A stretch of 60,609 bases of DNA, the filler included, from Jimgerdemannia flammicorona (taxonomy: Eukaryota): assembly GCA_003990765.1 (NCBI GenBank). It is 3 parts of 3 records of this genome, joined end to end, with 100 filler letters (N's around TTAATTAATTAA, not from the genome) between each part and the next. Parts side by side here need not be neighbours in the genome. Positions count along the whole stretch, not along the records: positions 40,480 to 60,609 come from RBNJ01001752.1; 2 more parts are not named here. One strand, 5' to 3'. Made by a program: the position numbers and the translations under genes. Shown here piece by piece: positions 40,380-51,949 of the stretch. The stretch's first letter is position 1; the number at the start of each line of letters is the position of its first letter. The notes beneath the pieces were generated by a model that was not told the DNA's origin, searched no databases, and saw only the letters and a list, made by a program, of their open reading frames with translations.

Positions 40380-40479
40380 NNNNNNNNNNNNNNNNNNNNN
40401 NNNNNNNNNNNNNNNNNNNNNNNTTAATTAATTAANNNNNNNNNNNNNNNNNNNNNNNNNNNNNNNNNNNNNNNNNNNN
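40380..40479. other. Assembly linker (N44-TTAATTAATTAA-N44)
   Basis: Identical artificial pad. Confidence 0.95.
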
Positions 40480-40965
40480 AACTTGCGTGTAAATGGGCGC
40501 TCGTGGACAAGGTATTTGTCACCTGATGACACATATGCATATTCCCAGGGGATGTCGTCAAGGTCTTTGTTTTCGTTGAGCTCGAGCTGGACTGCGCACG
40601 GCGGTGGTATCCGAATTAGCCGCTCGGCGGGAGAATCCTTTTGGAAGAGGGCGTTGAACAATCTGAGTCGTTATTTTGATAGGAATTCAAAGGTATAAGT
40701 TAGGCTTACATTTGCGATATTTTTCGATGTGGTTGTATTTTTCAACTTACTTTATGCCATATCTCAAGAGTAGGTTGCGCTTAGGTTCCGTGTCAAAGAC
40801 CTCTATGGCAACATCTTTGCCCTCAACATCTTCTAAGAAGAAGGAATGGCTGTATTCAAGTTTTGAATTGTTCTGAACAGAAACTAGGACCCAGACTTCA
40901 CCAGTGTTATCGGTATCTTTCAACAATGATACTCGCATGTTTCGTTGAATGTATAGTGTAGTCAA
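40480..40965 (-). CDS. Partial host gene, CHAT-domain-like N-terminal region
   Basis: Intron 40663-40750 (GTAAGT...CTAAC...CAG) joins LLRYGIK|LFNALF in frame, followed by LDDIPWEYAY...YLVHERPFTR. CpG is not depleted here. The 3' part is lost at the gap and the start is uncertain. Confidence 0.55.
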
Positions 40966-42048
40966 TCTTTGTTGATTGTGGTCAATCCAAAGACATCACG
41001 TGCGAATACATGAATTTGAACCTCCAATCACCGGCTGTCCCATGTTCGCATGTCAAGATCGTCTTGCCTCAACCCTACTCCAGGCTAGCTGCCAGATACA
41101 ACTGCTCCCACAACTGTCTTCCTTTCGAGTCGGCTTTCATATAATTATATAATTTGCACGTTGTGCCCCAATAACCACAAACAGCACAACTTTTCCAGCC
41201 CGCATAAAGACTCGTTCTCACACACACACCTCCCTGCATCCAGCGACACCATTCCTTCAGCAGCCGGCTGCTTGGCGTCATCCAGCACAGATATGGACAT
41301 TCGACCTCAGACGCGCCAGCGACTTTGCATCGTCGCCAAGTTTCTTTTCGATGATGACACACTGGAATCGGGAGGGGAGAGAGACAATGGTTTGCGCAGG
41401 CGACATGTGAGTCCAGTTTTTTGAAGCCTGAAAGAACATTTTGTGGGAACCCGAACTTCATGTGTGAACCAGCGAAGGAGAGAGAGGGGGTGGAGGTGGT
41501 TGAGGTGGTGGGGGGAGGAAGGCAGAGAGGAAGGACAAGAAATAATGGTATATAGTATTTTGCTATGTGTTGCAGAACGCGACCTCATATCTATTATATT
41601 CTCATCAATACTCCTGACGGCATATACATACGGCGACGACACAATCGTCAGAGGGCAAGGTGTGTTTCACCGAATTTGGAAGTTGAGACTTCGTGGCTTT
41701 TTTCATTAGAGTAGATTGTGCGATTTTAGTTCGGTATTATTCTCCCCCCCCCCTCCTTCTTGATGATCATACAACTAAGGAGTCTTTTTAATAAGAATAA
41801 AGCTATATATAGTTTTTTTTTATTGTACCAACAAATATTAGTTCTAAAGCTCTTCATTAATATGATAATAAATTCTATTATTCCAAATAAATAATAATAT
41901 ATAATATATAAATTAGAACTAAAAAAAATTACAAAAAAATATAAATATATATAAAATATAATATATAAAGATTTTTTTATTAAATATTTTTTATTTAAAT
42001 TATTTAGTTATAGATATATTTTTTTACAAAAAGTAATATATTTAATAG

Positions 42049-42065
42049 TTAGGATTAGAGTTAGA
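42049..42065 (+). repeat. Fossil telomeric linker TTAGGATTAGAGTTAGA
   Basis: G>A-decayed TTAGGGTTAGGGTTAGG, followed by CTTTAAGTAA (= CTTCAAGTAA). Confidence 0.75.
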
Positions 42066-43120
42066 CTTTAAGTAATAATTTATTTATTATAAAATAAATA
42101 ATGAAATAAATAATATAACTACCAAAGATGAGAAATACAAAATGAGATCTGTAAAGTAAACAACTAGCTAAGAAAAACTAAATAGAGATCAGCAAGGTGA
42201 ATATTTTAAAAAGAGAGCTAGATAAATTATTCATTATAACTATAGAAAAAATAAAGATACAGAAATCAAAAATAAAAGAAACTAAGTTAAAATATATAAA
42301 TATTTAATTGTAATAGTAAGAAATATATTAACAACTAATCACCAATCAACTGATAATTCATTATAATTTCAATAATAAGAAAAATTATTTAGAATATATA
42401 TATAAGAGAAGAAAAAACAATAAATAATATTACAATCACTCAATTATCAAAATATTTTTATAATTTAAGTTAGATAAAAACTATTTACAAGATAGCTATC
42501 AGAATTATATATATATATTATTAATAGTATAATAGTTTGTCTTGTGAAAAATATAAAAAGAGTAAGCTTTAAATTCTAATAATTATTATTTATCAGTAAA
42601 CTAGTCTAATTATTTATGACTAGATTTATCTTTTCAGATAGAATATAAATTATTAAAAAAACTACACTTTTAAAGATAGCTATAATAGAATTAATCTTCA
42701 TAAAGACAGATATAGAGTTGGTCAAAATAGTTATAATACTAGATAAGTATAGATTATATAAACTAGAGAGAGAAGATAAGAATATAATAAGCTTTTTACA
42801 ACTATAAGTAGCTATGAGACATAATATATCAAACAAGTCTCTAGAAAGAGAAGACTTATTTTTATAATAACTGATCTTACAAAAATGTCAAGAAAAAGAA
42901 ATAGAACCATTATAACCTATAAAAATATTTATATCAATTAAGAAAGTTAAACTAAGAAGTCTAAGAGTCTTACTAAAGATTAACTTAAGAACTTTAATAC
43001 TAAAAACTCTAATTTAGTAGCAGAATAGAAGCTTAAAAAAAAAAATTATACTTTAACTTAGATCTAATGAAAGTACAAATAATGATCAGCTTTTAATAAT
43101 AACTAGAGAGAACTATAGAT
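42066..43120 (-). mobile_element. Hypermutated AT-rich 3' part of a related telomeric LINE
   Basis: Retains AAGTAAACAACTAGCTAAGAA and colinear blocks of the 3' UTR and ORF2 C-terminus; cut by the LTR at 43121. Confidence 0.78.
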
Positions 43121-43585
43121 TGTAATGTAGTAGATACTTACTCTTGAAAATATGTCAGATTTTTGTATCTTGAATACTTGATCTTCTCTGACTCCTCAGA
43201 GTCCTTAGGATGTAGAGGTAGATGAGTTCAAAGTATATCTGCCTGCAGACCTACTCATTCTTTTGCTATCTCTTTGCTTTTGAACTATTTGATCTGAGGT
43301 TTATTCACTCTAAGATACTGGGTTATTTATACATGTTTTGCTAACTATAAGATAGCTAAGTAATGGCTCATTTCACAAGTGCTGAATCTTTTAACATCTG
43401 CTAAGATTTCACTGATTGTGAAGATTCTAATATCTCCTAAATCTTTACAAACATTAAAGTTTCTGCACTTTGTGGAATATAGCTGCTATTTATGAGGCTA
43501 AGCTATATTGGGAATTGGATTCAGGTACTGTAATCAAATGTCTAATTTCCCTGTTTTATGTTACTAATTCGGATCAGCTGTCACA
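43121..43585 (-). repeat. 3' LTR of the second gypsy (465 bp)
   Basis: Minus strand TGTGAC...CATTACA after PPT AGGAGGAAGA; carries the shared TATAAATAACCC...AGAGTGAATAAACCTCAG core. Confidence 0.82.
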
Positions 43586-43626
43586 TCTTCCTCCTAAATA
43601 GGTGATTCATCTCAGGAGTATTCTAT

Positions 43627-44088
43627 TCACTCGAATTCCCAGGCTTTTACAATTTGTATTTCCTTATACTGTGCAATTTGTATCATTACATCCTTCCAAT
43701 ATTGTCTCTTGACATATCCAAAGTCTCCTGGAGTTACTCCTCGGAAATAGGCTAAGGCTAACTCATCATCTTTGAATAACTTGTGCACTCTTTTTGCAAT
43801 TGTGATCTGAGTATAAGAGAGCTGACATTCTCTGATCCAGTCTTCTTTTCCCATCTTTGGTCTTGAATTTAGTAGCTGTCCCAACTTGAAGTATTCCTGA
43901 AACTCAGTTCGGTTCTGATAGGCCTTGAAATGTAAGATTCATGATAAGTGTGTTTGTACTATACTCTGGATGCCATCAAAGGATTCTTCTATTGTTGGTG
44001 ACTCAGTAGAACACCACTGTCTTTCAATGGCTTGCTGGGCCATACTAGTAATTCTGAGAGCAGTTGTATTACTTTGTTGACTAGTCAT
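43627..44088 (-). pseudogene. Extra ORF between integrase and PPT, similar to the LTR-encoded ORF
   Basis: 154 codons with one internal stop. QEYFKLGQLL...AKRVHKLF...LALAYFRGVTPG versus DYEIGHHL...ALRVHQIF...WAIAHLQGVTAG. Confidence 0.62.
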
Positions 44089-46753
44089 AATACTTCTTGA
44101 GTTAGTTTCAATAGATGATAGTAGAGATGATTGTGCCTGAGAGTTTTCATAGCCAAAAGATAGTTCCTTTTATATCTTACACAAGGTAAGATCCTTCTCA
44201 CCTAGACTCCAGTTTTTGTGACCACAAGGCTTCTACCATATTCTGATACACTAGGACTTTATCTCCTATCTTGATAATCTCCAGGGGTTTGTGGGTTTTT
44301 TCTGCATTCTTCCTTTGTAGTGCCTATATCTTTGTTATGTAATCCTCAGTCTTCTTCCTGATTTAGTGTAGTCTCCATATTTCTCTATCCTATGTTTCTA
44401 TACAACATCTCTATTGGATGATAGGGTTTCTTGAGAACTTTCTTCTCCAAACAACATTTCTCGAGGAGTAAAGTGGGTACTTTGTGATCTGATATCTTAG
44501 AGAGCAGATAATGCTATTAGTAGATAGTGATCCCAGTTTTCATAGTTATTACAGATCTTAGCAATAACATTCTTGAGGACCTTGTTGGTCATTTCTACTT
44601 GTTCATTTCCTTGAGGGTGATAGGTTGTAGTCTGAATGTACTGGATCTTGTACTTCTTGTAGAGAACTTCAAAGAACTGATTCACAAATTCTGTTCCTCT
44701 ATCTGTAGTTACTTGCATTGGGGTCTTGAACTGGCAGATGATTTCTTTGTGAAAGAAATTGGCGATTGACTATGTATTGGCTTCCTTGAAGGGTCCTGCT
44801 TCTATCTACTTCATAAAAAAGTCTATGATGATAATGATATATTGGTTACCAGTCAGGGTCAAGGGAAGAGGGCCAATTACATCTATTGCTATGTGGGCAA
44901 ATGGTACTGGTTCTATATATACTAATCCTGGGGCTTGGTTTTATTGGTCTTGTTTCTATTTCTGGCATTTGTCACAGGTTTTGACAAATTGTCTGCTATC
45001 TTTCTCTATTTCTGGCCACCATATCATTCTTCTTGCCTTATCATATATATTCATTCCTCCTAGATAGTTAAGTTCATATACTGATTTCATTGTTTACTCC
45101 TTCTTATATTCTAATATGACTAGTTGTTTTCCTTTCTTCAGTATTTATCCATCAGTTTCAAATTGTTTCTATGTTCTGTTGATAATCATTTGCATCCATT
45201 CTTCCAGATGTTGGGGCATCTTTCGCTGTCCTAGATATGTGATGATTCTATAGTAGAGCTCCTTATTCATAATTGATTTGTTAGTTGGAGGTGTTTTGAG
45301 GTATCCATGAGAGAGTATTTGCATTGAAATTTGTTCTTCCAGAGTGGTGTACAATGGTTACATCATAGGCTTGTAACTTTATTATCTATCTAGCAAAGAT
45401 TTCTTTGAGTTGTCTAGTTGTTAGTAGCTAGGTGAGAGCTGAGTAGTCCATCTGAATAGTGAAGTGTCTTTCAGCCAGATAGTAGTGGAACTTTTCTACA
45501 GCCCAGATGATTGCAAGGCATTCCAACTTATAGGATTCATATTCTTTTTCAGCTCCTTAGATTCCTCGGCTTAGATATGTAATGATATACTCTTTTTTGT
45601 CTTCCTTTTAAGCTAGAACTACTCCTAATCCTTATTTAGTTGCGTCTGTCTGAAGGATAAACTCTTGGGTCTAATTGGGTCATCTAAGGATGGGTGCCTG
45701 AGTCAGTCTGACCTTGAGTTCATCAAATGCTTTTTGTTGTCTACTAGTCCAGTTGAATTTAGTATCCTTCTTGTTGAGTTCATAGATTGGATGTGCAATA
45801 TTGGAGAATCCTCTAATAAATCTATGATAGTAGGAGGTAAGTTCCATGAAGGCTTGGGCTTCTATAATAGTAGTGGGCCTTGGGTATGCTGCTACTGCTT
45901 GTATCTTGAGTGGGTCTATATGCATTCCATCTTGATTGATAATATGACCAAGATAGGAGATCTAGATTTCTGCAAATTTACATTTCTTAGGCTTGATATA
46001 TAGGCCATGCTTTCTCAGTCTTTCAATTATCTGCCATATATACTACAGGTATTCCTCAGGTATCTTGCTGTAGATGATTATGTCATCGAGAATTATCCAT
46101 CTTCCTATGTTATAGCAGAAGATTTTGTTCATCATTCGATGAAAGCTTACTGGTACATTGCACATTCTGAATGGCATTCATAGGTAGATGTAGATTCTTT
46201 CTGGGATGATGAAGGCTGACTTTTCACTAGCCATCTCTGTAAGTCTGATTTGGTGAAATCCTGAGTATAAGTCCAAGGTGCAATAGTACTGTTCTTCATC
46301 TCCCAGTGTTATAAAGATGTCACTAATGAGGGGCAGTGGTTGGCAATCCTTCTTGGTAACTGCATTGAGCTTTCTGTAATCAACACAGAGTCTTGGGGTG
46401 AATTTTCCAGATTTGCTTCCTTTTTTCATAGCTAGTACAACTGGTGAAGACCAGGGACTGCTGGCTTCTTTGATAATACCAACTTCTTCCATTTGCTTGA
46501 TTTCTTCTCTAAGTTATTCTTGGTAGGCAGATGGGACAGATCTTGCCTTCTGGTAAATTGGTTTGGTGTCTCCAGTATCTACCTCATGATAGTAGTATGG
46601 GGTCTTTCCCTTTATATCCTTAAAATCCATGACAAGAATATTCTCAAATTTGTAGAGAATTTTCTGAGGTCCTCCTTGAGTGGGAATTCATTTCCAATAG
46701 TGTAACTGTACTTATTTGTGATTTCCTCCTTCATATGCTCCAGTTTAGTGATC

Positions 46754-46787
46754 TAGGGTTAGGGTTAGGGTTAGGGTTAGGGTTAGG
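46754..46787 (+). repeat. Interstitial telomere tract (~5.7 TTAGGG)
   Basis: Perfect repeats fused to broken gypsy pol. Confidence 0.95.
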
Positions 46788-47182
46788 CTTCAAGTAAGAA
46801 TTTATTCATTGTAGAGAAGAAAAGGTACATCGGAGCAACAAAAGACAAAGACTCCTAAGATGAGAAAAGCAAAACAAGGCCAGCGAAGTAAACAATTAGC
46901 TAAGAAGTACAAAACAAAGGCCAGAGAGGTGACCACCATAAGGACAGGCTGGATAAAACCATTTTGTTACAGCCATAAAGATAATAAATGCAAAAAGCAA
47001 GCAAAGGGAGGGCTAAGATATAATATACATTCGCTTGGTGCCAACTACAGGAACCGTATCAACAACTACAATACCAAATGACTGATATGAGATGAATAAC
47101 TCAATGTACTCTCAATAATGGGGGAACCAACTGAGGCAAATGAGGGGAAAGAAAGGAGTAAAGAAAATATGCAATCACTTGA

Positions 47183-50100
47183 TCACCCAAGCATCTTCAT
47201 AATCTCGGTCAGGCAGAACCTGACCATGAGATTGCCACCAGAATTACATATAGTATCGATAGCATGGTAGGCTGTCTTGTCAAGAGCATAAAGAGGGTAG
47301 GCGCAAAGTTCTTCCTGCCATTCGTCATTGGTAAATCAGTCAAGCTGTTCATCTCGATCTGAAGAACCTCGAAAAGCCGAATATGAACCATCGAGAAGAC
47401 TGTACCTGAGGAGATGGCCACGATGAAACTTGTCTCTACAGGAGCAGGAGTGGGGTTGGCCAAAGTAGCTATAGTGCCAGGCGAGGGCAGAACACACAAG
47501 CTGGGGGGGGAAGGAAAGGACGCGGTCAGTGCCCTGCAACCATAAGCAGCCTTTGGGGGTGATATACAGAATGAGAGCCTGGGAGGAGGAGGCCCATTCC
47601 TGCAGTAGTTGATCCTGGAGGAAGGACTAGAGGAAGGAGCGGAGCAAGCGAGTCTTGTGGACCTGGGGACAGAGGTCCCAGTACAAGTCGAGGAAGTCAA
47701 GCCAAGAGGTCCAATGCTGGAACTTGTCAATAATAGAACTCAGAGGATGCATAATGAAGCGCTCGCTAAGGGGGATGATGGAGTTGTTGCCAGACTTGCC
47801 ATATCAATCCAGATGGGCTTGGAACATACAGCAGAGGTCGGACATACGATGAAGGAAGGAAGAGAGGCCAAGAATCAAACTGCCAAGCAAGGGACGGCTG
47901 GAAAATCCAACCGCCCAAGTGACAGCATCATCAAAGACCTGCTTGGGACGCTTCATCATCTGAAGCCCCATGGTAGTAGCTGGACAGGAAGCTTGTAGAA
48001 GGGGAAGGCCGTATTCCAGCTGAGGCCTGATGAATATTCGTACGATGGCCAGCTTGACCATTGGCGACCAGAGGGGACCACGGGTGCAGCAGAAACCAAG
48101 AGTACGTTCCACCTTCGCCGCATTCTGCAACGCCAGGTTGACAAAGTCGAACCCTTTGCTGGTGTATGGCACGCCCAGGTATATGTAGGAGGTGGGTCGC
48201 AGGCAGGGTTCACCCCCAATCAGCACAGTACAGTCAGCCGGACCAACATAACTACACTTCTTGGGATTGAGCTCCATACCATTCACCCGGAGCCAATCCT
48301 CACAGAAATCAACCATCCTTTGCCCTTCCGTGGCAGTGCAGGGGGTAAGGGTGATGTCATCAGCAAAGAAAAGCCCGAGGGGGAAGTTGTACTCCTTGAA
48401 CTGCTCATCAAAGGAGGCGGTGAGGGGATTAATAAAGACATCAATCAGCCAAGGGGAGAGGAGGGAGCCCTGGAAGAGGCCGTGCTCAGTGGGGACCGAA
48501 GGGGTGATAAGGCCATTAACAACCACCTGATAGGAACAGTAATTGAACAGGTTTCAGATAATGCTAAGGAGGGCTGCATCGGCACCTCATGCCTCAAGGC
48601 GAGAAAGAATGCACTTGAGGGGGACTCGATCATATGCCTGCTGGAGGTCCAAAAAGACACGGCGGCCCCATCCCTTGGCCCATGTCTCATGTGATAACAA
48701 GACATGGGATAGGGACAAGAAGCGGGTTCGGAAGCTACCTTGGCAGTGCGACATTTCTGTCAGGCCACTTCGGCTCTTGACGTATCCTTCCAAACACCAC
48801 TCGAAGAGTCTATGAAATATTTCAGTCAGAGCAATAGGGCAAAATCCATCGATCGTTCGCGATTTCTCCTTCTTGGGGACTGGGGTGATTATGGCTGAGC
48901 TCCAGCAGTGTGGAGTGAGCCCCCAGACCACACACATCTGGAAGAAGAATGAAAGAGCCTTCGAAAGGCTACAGGGGGCGTCCTTCTCACCTGCCATCAC
49001 CTGAAGGATCCGGACATGCAAGGAGTCGGCACCACATGCCTTTGAGAGGGGGTAGCTGTGGACAGCCCTCCAAACTGTAGGTTGCTCAAACCAAGACTGC
49101 AGCTCAAGAGCACCCATGCTGAGGGGGAAGACATCCTCAGAGTCGTCGAGGTGGAGGGAGGCATCCGGTTGGCCGAAGATGGTGGTAAAGTGAGCAACCA
49201 CGTCATCGAACACTGGGACATTGGGTGAGCGAGATTGGAGGGGTGCGGAGGGGGCGGAGCGATACGCTCGCTTGAAACCACAGATAGCATCAGAGACCGA
49301 AGATGCACTGTGAAGAAGGTCCTGCCTGGGGAGCGGTGCTGCCCTGATTTCTCTTGTGTCATATGAGCCAAGAATGTCCTCACAGACTGACTATAGACCA
49401 GAGGTCAAAAGGGCATCAAGAGAATCCACAAACTGCTGGCGATCTTCCACAGAGCGAAAGCTGGCAATGTAGTCTCTGACAGAGTAGATGGATCTGACAA
49501 CGGTATCACAAATGATATCCGCTGTTTCCCGAAGATGAGCTTGAATGACTGGGTCGATCAGGTATCTCGCAAAGTAACAACGGATGCCAGCCAAGGCAGC
49601 AACTGGCAAGGGAGAGAAGGGGAAGGAGACGGTGAGGAGAGAGGGGTGATCGGTAGCGACAGGAGGGGTGGAGCAGGTGAGGGATGCATGGAGGGATATG
49701 GTGGCGAACGCGTGGTCAACGTGTGTGGATCCAGCCACCAGGGTCAGGTGGTTCAACGACCACATCATCAAGGAGGTGTCGATGACATCCATCCGGTTAC
49801 GAGGACCAGAGTTGACATCACCAAGGTGAGCACCGAAGCAGGTATTGATGTCACCGATCAGAAGGGCCTTACCTGGGAAGGGTCCAGACACCAAGTCACA
49901 GAAGCCACCAATGGGAAGAGAGAGGGGGGTGTAAACCCTAACCAAAGCCAAGCCCTGGAATATAAGCCAGATATGGAAGGGGTTGGCGAAGGACCCAGAA
50001 ATGAGGGGGGTGAAGCGGTTTGACACAAGAACCACGAGACCACCATTCTGGTGACCCATGATCCTGTGTGACACCGGAGGAGAGGACATGTGAATGAGTG

Positions 50101-50230
50101 GAGAGGGATGCAGTGGAATGTGCCACATTTCACATACAAAAAGAATGTTGAGGGCAGGACCAATCAACCGACTGAGCACATCGAACTTGTCCTGAGGTAG
50201 TCCGTGTGCATTGAGGAACCTGACTCTCAT
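47183..50230 (-). pseudogene. ORF2 (~1015 aa): APE endonuclease, RT, CCHC-like knuckle
   Basis: FLNAHGL, VCEMW, IGDINT, HVDHAF, TDH; KACGADSL, FLDLQQAYDRVP, GLFQGSLLSP, LFFADD, YIYLGVP; CSCRDKFHRGHLLR. The ATG overlaps the ORF1 stop (ATGA). Confidence 0.9.
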
Positions 50231-51726
50231 TGTGGGCCAGGCATGTTAGTGCCAACAGCGTGGGAAGCACCTGAGGCGGAAGCTTCGGCTTCCAAATCCA
50301 TCGCCATATCACCCGTCACAGCCACAGTACTACCTGCCTTCGAAGTAGGGCCAGCCAACGGGGAGGCGGGGGAGGGGAGAGCGAGGCCGAGTTCCGCGGC
50401 CCATGCCCTGAAGAAGGTCTGCACCTCGGACCTCTTTGCAGTGGCTTCGCCTGCCAACTGCCGGACCTGGGCATGGAAAGATTGGAGTACCCATGTCTTT
50501 ACGGCCTTCATAGCGTTCTTGTTGCGTGGGAGCGCGGGGTCCCAGGCCGACAGCACCGAGAACCCGAGCACCTTCATCTTCTTTTGGAATGCCGTAACAT
50601 AATCAGGGCGGAGCAGGAAGTCGATGGTCGATACCGAAACATACGACATATTGAGAACCTTTGAAAACATCACATGGACATTGTACAAGTTCTTCTGGAT
50701 CTGCCCGATCTTGAGATGGGCAAATCCGTCGATGTAGACATGCTGCAGCCTAGCGCCCTTTTTAGTCAGTGATAAATGGGAGGTCGGCTTGTGGGTCATG
50801 CATGAAAGGGTAGCAGCGGCAGCTGCTCTTTCCGTCTCGGAGTAGGCCTGAGTCCTATCCTTGATAGAGACCTTCTTGGTGGTGGTGGCGTAAGATTTAG
50901 GGGGAGTGGGGGCCGAAGCAGGGGACGAAGACGGACTGGCGGCGCTGGGTCCTACAGGCGTAACCTGGGGTACTGGCCTGGGAGCCTTGGCCTTGCCCTT
51001 TTTAGTGGGCATGGCTTTAGCGGCCCAAGGCACAGCCGTGGGAGTTATCTCCTTGGGTGGCGCACCAGACTGCAATGCAGCGGCTTTAGTGGCCCGCTTG
51101 TCCGCTTGCTTCTGGGCCTTCAACTGCGTGTTCATGGCAGGACCAGTAGGAGGGGGGGCTGAGGACTTGGAGGGGGCGGATGTGGAAGGGGTGGCGGGGA
51201 TACTTCCCAAAGGAGCACCAGATGACAAGGGGGCAGTGGGCGCATGTTACGCAGCAAGCTGCACCATGAGCTGGGTGTTGATCTTGGCCAGTTTGGCCAC
51301 TTGAGTCAGCAGATCCGAGATCTGCTTCCTCATCATGGCCATCTCTGTGACCAGAACGGGGTCAGCTGAGGGGCCTGTACGACCAGCCATCGGGGTCATT
51401 CCCAAACTAGTGTTCGGGTAACCATGCTTGTTCCGATTGAGGGGCGGGGGCGTGGGAGAGTAGGGGGGGTGCTGGATATCGTAGTCCGAATCGGAAGAGA
51501 TTGTGATCTCTTCGTCATCTTCTGCATCGCGCAGAGAAGATAAATACGATGAAATTGGTCGTGCATCCCCGCACGACCTGCACATCACCGTGAGGCTACC
51601 CTCGCCAAAGCCGAGAGAGAGAAGAACGACGCTGCGACACTCAGCACAGCGAAGAGAGGTGCCAAAGCGCGCGAAGAGATGGGTGGCGTTGCCATCATCA
51701 CCAACGACAGAGGAGGTGGCTGATAT
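50227..51726 (-). pseudogene. ORF1 (~499 aa): C4 motif, coiled coil, Pro/Ser/Lys linker, conserved C-terminal domain
   Basis: ORFs 51247-51804 and 50227-51228 share a frame. The start codon is ATG in copies 0, 1 and 3 (ATA here). CAECR...MCRSC; RKQISDLLTQVAKLAKINTQL. Confidence 0.8.
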
Positions 51727-51938
51727 TGCCGAAATAGGCGGAGGTGTGTTTGTTTGTATTTGTGAAATTGTGAAATGCAGGTCATGTGACCTTGGTTTGT
51801 GCAACGAAAAAATAATGGAGAAGGGGAGTATTTATACCCGATGAGAGGCTTAGCTAATCAAAGTGACAGCTTTTTTTATTTAGAATAGCTTCGGGCCATA
51901 AAGCCGAGTCTAGCCAAATGGGGAAACATGTGAGTGGC

Positions 51939-51949
51939 TTAGGGTTAGG
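51939..51949 (+). repeat. Telomeric linker TTAGGGTTAGG
   Basis: Junction of copies 4 and 5. Confidence 0.92.

Larger units (their letters stand above)
43121..46753 (-). mobile_element. Second Ty3/gypsy element, 5'-truncated (RT, RNase H, IN, extra ORF, PPT, 3' LTR)
   Basis: ASSPWSSPVV, LCVDYRKLN, TLDLYSGFHQI, QVTTDRGTEF, YHPQGN. PPT at 43586-43595 and LTR at 43121-43585. It breaks at a TTAGGG tract. Confidence 0.9.
46788..51938 (-). mobile_element. Telomeric APE-RT LINE copy 4 (full length, 5151 bp, reading frames preserved)
   Basis: ORF1 and ORF2 fragments each stay in one frame, broken only by point nonsense changes. Confidence 0.95.

Noticed and set aside
46860..47081. Basic plus-strand ORF MRKAKQGQRSKQ... 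recurring in each LINE 3' UTR (also 52022-52246)
   Set aside because: It is antisense to a T-rich 3' UTR, is interrupted in other copies, and recurs simply because the DNA is repeated.
46788..51938. Telomeric element as Penelope-like (Athena/Coprina), MoTeR-type or telomerase
   Set aside because: ORF2 has clear N-terminal APE motifs and a LINE-type RT. No GIY-YIG, restriction-like endonuclease or TERT motifs were seen.
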